DNA from: Candidatus Blautia stercoravium
GTDB taxonomy: Bacteria; Bacillota; Clostridia; Lachnospirales; Lachnospiraceae
Length of the DNA: 64,000 nucleotides
Reading direction: 5' to 3'
NCBI GenBank assembly: GCA_019114495.1
Contig: DXFK01000038.1
Location: forward strand, 367 to 64,366
A program made the translations under genes and the position numbers. A model generated the notes under the pieces. The model had not been told where the DNA came from, ran no database searches, and saw nothing but the letters and a program-made list of their open reading frames with translations. This document shows positions 59,004 through 64,000 of the stretch, one piece after another. How positions within the stretch are numbered: the first letter of the stretch is position 1; each line of letters opens with the position of its first letter.

Positions 59004-59813
59004 TTAAAAGAATTTTTCGATTACCTCTGCAATGCCGTCATGGTCATTGTCATACCGGGTAATATAATCCGCCACTTCCTTCACACGCTCCTGAGCATTA
59101 GCCATAGCCACACCAAGACCGGCATACTGAATCATGGACACATCGTTAAAGCCATCGCCGCAGCACACCATTTCCTCCCGTTTAATTCCCAGAATTTCCA
59201 GAAGATGGTGCAGACAGTATGCCTTGTCCACATTTTTCGGCGTCACTTCCAAAAAGAAAGGCTCTGACCGAAATACCTGGGCCTCATGGTAATATTTCCG
59301 GGCCATCATAGGCTCAAGAGCCTCCAGATTCTGAGGTGCTCCGGTCATCAGACATTTATTCACCGGAAAGTTTACATAAGTCCCAAAGTCCTTTTTATAT
59401 ACAATGGGAAGCTGATTGATTTTCGCCTCGATTTCCATGTATTTATCCGGCTCTGTTCCGGAAAGAATCTCGTCTTTTTCGTAAGTAATGATACCGACTC
59501 CATTCTCCAGGGCGTCTTTCCAGAGCCTTGCAGGAAGGTGCAGAGGAAGGGTTTTCTCATACACACATTCCCTGGTCTGGAAGTTTAAAATTCTCGCGCC
59601 GTTAAAAGGCAGAATATAACTGCCGAAACGGTCCAGTTCCAGCGTCTTTGCCACCTTGTACACACCCTGGGGCGGACGGCCGGAAGCAATCGCCACGGGA
59701 ATCCCGCTTTCCTGCAGCTCAATAATCGCCTTTCTCGTCTTCTCTGTGACCTCTTTTTTGGAATTTGTCACGGTTCCATCTATATCTAAGACCAATAATT
59801 TATAACGCATCAT
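59004..59813 (-). CDS. Cof-type HAD-IIB hydrolase
   Basis: DIDGT, ASGRP, DKA, GDGFNDVSMI. Confidence 0.93.
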   Translation of the reverse strand: MMRYKLLVLDIDGTVTNSKKEVTEKTRKAIIELQESGIPVAIASGRPPQGVYKVAKTLELDRFGSYILPFNGARILNFQTRECVYEKTLPLHLPARLWKDALENGVGIITYEKDEILSGTEPDKYMEIEAKINQLPIVYKKDFGTYVNFPVNKCLMTGAPQNLEALEPMMARKYYHEAQVFRSEPFFLEVTPKNVDKAYCLHHLLEILGIKREEMVCCGDGFNDVSMIQYAGLGVAMANAQERVKEVADYITRYDNDHDGIAEVIEKFF

Positions 59814-59845
59814 CTGTTCTCCTGTTTCTTTCTCATTTTCCCGAC

Positions 59846-60784
59846 TTAATAACGCAGGGGTATTTTAGACTCATACACCGGAATGTCGATTTTTTCATTC
59901 CGCAGAAAATACTGAATTCCCCGCACTGCCAAATCGCTGTTATTTTTAGGTCCCACGGTAATAGCGCAAATAGGACTTTCTCCTTCCTGCTGATACCGGA
60001 CCTCAATATAAGGAATCAAAGTCTGATTCTTTTCCCTGAAATGCATAGGGGTCAGGGCCATCCCGCTGCCCTCTTCTTCCTCATGAAACGCCCAGAATAC
60101 AAAACGGTATTCCTTTTCCTCCCGGAAACATTCCTTCTTGAAAAACATAGAATACACAAAACTGCACACCGCAAATTCCATAAGAAACGGGTACAATTCC
60201 TCCTCTGTCACTTTTTTACCCTCAGAAAGCAGTTTTTCCTTCAGACTGCTTCTTCCTTTCTCTCCCAGCAGATGGTTTATGGTTGCCTCAATGAGTTTTT
60301 TCTGCTGTTCCTTCTCATAGATTACATAACCGTCCAGCATAATACCGCTTTCCAGGCTGTCTGCAAGGGAACTGTACTCAAATTCCAGACAGTACCCCTG
60401 GGATTTGCCGAATTCCGTCCACAGCAGCAGACTGTCCCTCTGTCTGGAAAACGACAGCACATACCAACCGGAGAGTACCCGGTTCTCCATTACATTGTCA
60501 ATCATCTCCAGCTGATGTTTCAGACCGCTGATGACCAGATGGCGGTTTTCTTCCCCCGGAATCATCTTTTCGCAGACTTTGCGGATAACTTTATATGCAT
60601 ATCGAAATTCGTATTTGTCATTGAGAAAATCGCTTTTCGTCACCCAGAAAGACTGTTCTGTAACCATGCCTTTTAAAGCTCTCAAATCCGTATAGTGAAA
60701 GATTTTCTCTCCCTGCCTGCATCTGGGTATGGGAATCCATTCCTGTATATTTCTGGCAAATACTTCACTGACAAATTTTTTCAT
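59846..60784 (-). CDS. DUF2971-like protein
   Basis: FHYTD, DFLNDKYE, LSFS...DSLLLWTEF, GYCLEF, FKKECFREEKEYR, ITVGP. Confidence 0.75.
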   Translation of the reverse strand: MKKFVSEVFARNIQEWIPIPRCRQGEKIFHYTDLRALKGMVTEQSFWVTKSDFLNDKYEFRYAYKVIRKVCEKMIPGEENRHLVISGLKHQLEMIDNVMENRVLSGWYVLSFSRQRDSLLLWTEFGKSQGYCLEFEYSSLADSLESGIMLDGYVIYEKEQQKKLIEATINHLLGEKGRSSLKEKLLSEGKKVTEEELYPFLMEFAVCSFVYSMFFKKECFREEKEYRFVFWAFHEEEEGSGMALTPMHFREKNQTLIPYIEVRYQQEGESPICAITVGPKNNSDLAVRGIQYFLRNEKIDIPVYESKIPLRY

Positions 60785-60938
60785 GGAATCTCTCCTTTGC
60801 ATTTCTGTTCCTTTTCATAATATCATACCCCATTTTAAATGCCAATCCGTGTATTGTTAAATGTAGATGTACAAATACACAGGCATATTTTTCCTTACCC
60901 GGTAATATGTTATAAAAAGGAATGCAGGAGGTGCAGCC

Positions 60939-61370
60939 ATGAGCTCAAAAACCAAAATTGTTGTGTTACATATGAAAGAAGTCATTTATACGGGTATTTT
61001 TGTGGTACTGGCTATTGTACTGGCTGTGGTACTCTTTATGATGTTCGGGAAAAGCGGGGATACAGATACCGCCAGTGCCAAAGCAGTCTATCACGCCGGT
61101 GTCTATGCAAGTCCCATTACACTCAATGACAATACCTTTGATGTGGAGGTTACGGTAGACGAAAATCACATCAATGCCATTTCTCTTGTAAATCTAAGCG
61201 AAACCACCACTGCTATGTATCCCCTGATGCAGCCGGCTCTGGACGCGCTTTCTGAACAGATTTGCCAGACACAGTCCACGGAAAACATCACCTATTCGGA
61301 GGAAAACAAATATACCTCCATGATGTTGTTAGATGCCATTGAGAAGGCGCTTGAAAAAGCGCGAAAATAA
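60939..61370 (+). CDS. Conserved membrane-anchored hypothetical protein (FMN-binding-like extracellular domain)
   Basis: GGAGG RBS; TM helix; YHAGVY...VEVTVDENHI...TSMMLLDAIEKAL. Confidence 0.7.
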   Translation: MSSKTKIVVLHMKEVIYTGIFVVLAIVLAVVLFMMFGKSGDTDTASAKAVYHAGVYASPITLNDNTFDVEVTVDENHINAISLVNLSETTTAMYPLMQPALDALSEQICQTQSTENITYSEENKYTSMMLLDAIEKALEKARK

Positions 61371-61436
61371 AAAAGCCGCCCCATAAAGCAGCTGCGGAAA
61401 TTGTAAGTGTTCCGCAGACTTTATGGGGCAGTTTTT
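61369..61436. terminator. Long inverted repeat or bidirectional terminator
   Basis: GCCCCATAAAG...CTGCGGAA-loop-TTCCGCAG...CTTTATGGGGC flanked by A/T runs. Confidence 0.7.
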
Positions 61437-61572
61437 CTTTTACTGTAATCGCATAATTCCTGGTATCTTTCTATCTTTCCTGGGGGTATTTCATCCCCCA
61501 TCCTTCGCGGATGGCATCCATCTGTGCCATCATCTTTAGAAAACCTCCCGTAAAATCCCACCAAATACTTTC

Positions 61573-63483
61573 TTATAACTTTTCTATCTCATTCATCCAC
61601 ACTGTCACGCAAGCATCGCTTGGCATACGCAGATCCCCGCGGGGCGACACAGCCACGCTGCCCACTTTCGGTCCATCCGGAAGACAGGAACGCTTAAACT
61701 GCTGAGAGAAAAATCTCCAGTAAAACTTCTTCAGCCATTTTAAAATCGTTTCCCCGTCATACGTTCCTTCAAAAGTCACTTTTGCCATTCTGTAAATCTT
61801 GGACGGTGAAAAATGGAACCGCAGCATATAATAGAGGAAAAAGTCATGCAGTTCATACGGTCCTACCAAATCTTCTGTTTTCTGGGAAATCACACCGTCC
61901 TCAGGGGGCAGAAGTTCCGGGCTTACCGGAGTATCCAGCACGTCCATAAGGATTTGCGCCAGCTTTTCTTCCCCACAGGTTTCCGCATAATAGCGCACCA
62001 GATAACGCACCAGAGTTTTCGGCACCGAACCATTGACTCCATACATGGACATGTGATCCCCGTTATACGTTGCCCAGCCAAGAGCCAGTTCTGACAAATC
62101 TCCGGTACCGATAACCATACCGCCCCGCTGGTTGGCAATATCCATAATCACCTGTGTCCGCTCTCTGGCCTGTGCATTTTCAAAAGTCACGTCATGCACC
62201 TGTGGGTCCTGTCCAATATCTTCAAAATGCTGCAGAACTGCCTTTTTAATGTCCACTTCCAGAAGTTCCGCCCCCAGACGTCTGGTCAGTTCGCAAGCAT
62301 TGGTATAAGTTCTGTCCGTAGTTCCAAAGCAGGGCATGGTAACGGCCACAATCTGCTTTCTGTCCATGCCCAGCAAATCCATGGCTCTGGCTGTCACCAG
62401 AAGGGCCAGGGTAGAATCCAGGCCGCCGGAAATTCCCAAAACCGCAGTTTTGCAGTGGGTATGTTCCATTCTCTTTCTCAGTCCCATAGCCTGAATATTC
62501 AAAATTTCATTGCACCTTTCCGCTCTCTTTTCCAGATTTCCCGGTACAAAAGGATTCTGCTCAAAGCAGTTAGTAAGCAGTGTTTCCGCTTTCGGAAGGT
62601 GGAAAGGAATCTTGAGATAAGAGCCGTCCATTTCCTGCTGCCAGGTGGAAATCCGCCTTCTCTCCCCTCTCAGCTTCTGAATATCCAGAATTCCATAAAT
62701 CGTATCGTTGGTAAACAGCGGTGCCTCTGCCAAAAGACTGCCGTTTTCACAGATAAGATTCTGTCCGCCGAAAACCAAATCCTGGGTGGACTCGCCGCTT
62801 CCTGCTGCAGCATAAATGTAACCGCACAAAAGTCTTGCCGACTGTCCCTTTACCAGACTTCTCCGGTATTCTGTTTTCCCCACAGTTTCGTCACTGGCAG
62901 ACAGATTCACCACCACATTGGCTCCGGCCATGGCATGTCCTACGCTTGGAGGACACGGTGCCCACAAATCCTCACAGATTTCCGCTGCCACCGTAAGACC
63001 CGGCATTTCCTCACAGGTAAAAAGCAGCCTGCTGCCGAAGGGAACTTTTCCCTTTCCCATAGGAATATAGTCCAAAATCTCTCCTCCGGAAACAAAATGC
63101 CGGGCTTCATAGAATTCTCCATAATTGGGCAAATACTGCTTTGGCACAATTCCCAGAATTTCACCGCCGTTTAATACCGCTGCGGTATTGTACAGTTTCC
63201 CATGAAATTCCAGAGGCAGTCCCACAAAAATCAATCCCGGAACCTCTTTCAATTCTTCTGCTGCCTTTAAAAGCTGCTCTTTGGCAGATTCCAGAAGAGT
63301 ATCCTGCTGAAATAAATCCTGGCAGGTATACCCTGTAATACAAAGTTCCGGGAACACCAGAATACGGGCACCCTCCCGGCTCATTTCTTTTGCTTTTTTT
63401 ACAATTTCCCGGGTGTTGTGAACACAGTCTGCCACCTGAATATCCGGTGTTGCGGCTGCCACTTTTATGAATCCGTCTTTCAT
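61573..63483 (-). CDS. nadE: Glutamine-dependent NAD+ synthetase
   Basis: Nitrilase domain FPELCITGY / EICEDLW; SGGLDS, ENAQARERTQ, GTGDLSELALGW. Confidence 0.96.
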   Translation of the reverse strand: MKDGFIKVAAATPDIQVADCVHNTREIVKKAKEMSREGARILVFPELCITGYTCQDLFQQDTLLESAKEQLLKAAEELKEVPGLIFVGLPLEFHGKLYNTAAVLNGGEILGIVPKQYLPNYGEFYEARHFVSGGEILDYIPMGKGKVPFGSRLLFTCEEMPGLTVAAEICEDLWAPCPPSVGHAMAGANVVVNLSASDETVGKTEYRRSLVKGQSARLLCGYIYAAAGSGESTQDLVFGGQNLICENGSLLAEAPLFTNDTIYGILDIQKLRGERRRISTWQQEMDGSYLKIPFHLPKAETLLTNCFEQNPFVPGNLEKRAERCNEILNIQAMGLRKRMEHTHCKTAVLGISGGLDSTLALLVTARAMDLLGMDRKQIVAVTMPCFGTTDRTYTNACELTRRLGAELLEVDIKKAVLQHFEDIGQDPQVHDVTFENAQARERTQVIMDIANQRGGMVIGTGDLSELALGWATYNGDHMSMYGVNGSVPKTLVRYLVRYYAETCGEEKLAQILMDVLDTPVSPELLPPEDGVISQKTEDLVGPYELHDFFLYYMLRFHFSPSKIYRMAKVTFEGTYDGETILKWLKKFYWRFFSQQFKRSCLPDGPKVGSVAVSPRGDLRMPSDACVTVWMNEIEKL

Positions 63484-63530
63484 TTTGCACCAAACCTTTC
63501 CTACTTTTTTACTTCTATTCTTCTATGCCC

Positions 63531-64000
63531 TTATCTTTTACATTCTTTCAGAATTTTTTTCAATTCGTCAACGGTGAAAATATAATTTTTATTGCAGAAA
63601 TGACAATTCATTTCAATTTCTTTTCCGTCGTCAATCATCTCCTGAATGTCCTTTTTGCCTACACTGATTAAAGCTCTCTCTACCCGCTCTTTGGAACAGT
63701 TGCAGTAAAACTGTGTAGGAATTTTTTCTGTAAATTCAATATCAAAACCTTTTAAAAGGGTCTCCAGAAGGCTTTCCGGTGTATGGCCCTCTTCCAGAAG
63801 CGCAGTAACAGACGTTACGTTTTTCAGATTCTCTTCCAACTGGCTGATAACTGATTCTTCTGTAAAAGGCATAAGCTGAATGATAAAGCCCCCGGCCTGT
63901 TTCACCGTATTATCCTTTTCCATCAAAACACCTAGTCCCACAGAAGACGGCACCTGCTCGCTGGTGGCAAAGTAATACGTCAAATCTTCTGCAATTTCAC
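63531..64000 (-). CDS. hslO: Hsp33 redox chaperone (5' end outside the window)
   Basis: SEQVPS, AGGFIIQLMP, CNCS...CHFC zinc motif. Confidence 0.95.
   Translation of the reverse strand, partial: EIAEDLTYYFATSEQVPSSVGLGVLMEKDNTVKQAGGFIIQLMPFTEESVISQLEENLKNVTSVTALLEEGHTPESLLETLLKGFDIEFTEKIPTQFYCNCSKERVERALISVGKKDIQEMIDDGKEIEMNCHFCNKNYIFTVDELKKILKECKR

Noticed and set aside
59765-60676. 303-aa plus-strand ORF
   Set aside because: Shadow of the DUF2971-like gene
1-64000. CRISPR arrays, tRNA, rRNA, IS elements
   Set aside because: None recognised on either strand

Overview
A chromosomal segment of a spore-forming Clostridia member, probably Lachnospiraceae (inferred from the extended L22, the His-less HPr paralogue and the gene order). 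Almost all genes are on the minus strand. Left to right: the S10 ribosomal protein operon (rplN partial to rpsJ) with its promoter and leader; a degenerate SipW-like membrane protein; an M18 aminopeptidase; a GNAT; tcdA-murB-rapZ-whiA-HPr; a ~19.7 kb EutV/W-type ethanolamine-utilisation microcompartment operon (13632-33383); spoIIAA-AB-sigF-spoVAA-AE; a TPR protein, a 49-aa ORF, folC, an LTA-synthase-family gene and valS with a Val T-box; an EEP-family hydrolase; a cobalamin riboswitch; a SASP gene; padR-DUF1700-DUF4097-pspC; a DUF4230 protein; addAB; a HAD hydrolase; a DUF2971-like protein; nadE; and partial hslO. I saw no rRNA, tRNA, CRISPR array or IS element. The most notable signals concern eut regulation. 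(i) eutV and eutW form one ORF. (ii) The eut leader has a terminator but no B12 riboswitch. (iii) 15 kb away, a complete cobalamin riboswitch with its own promoter and terminator has no convincing downstream gene and points antisense into a membrane-anchored EEP hydrolase, so it is a candidate B12-gated decoy or antisense RNA. (iv) The operon ends with an Eis-type acetyltransferase. All assignments come from motif recognition by eye; no database searches were run.
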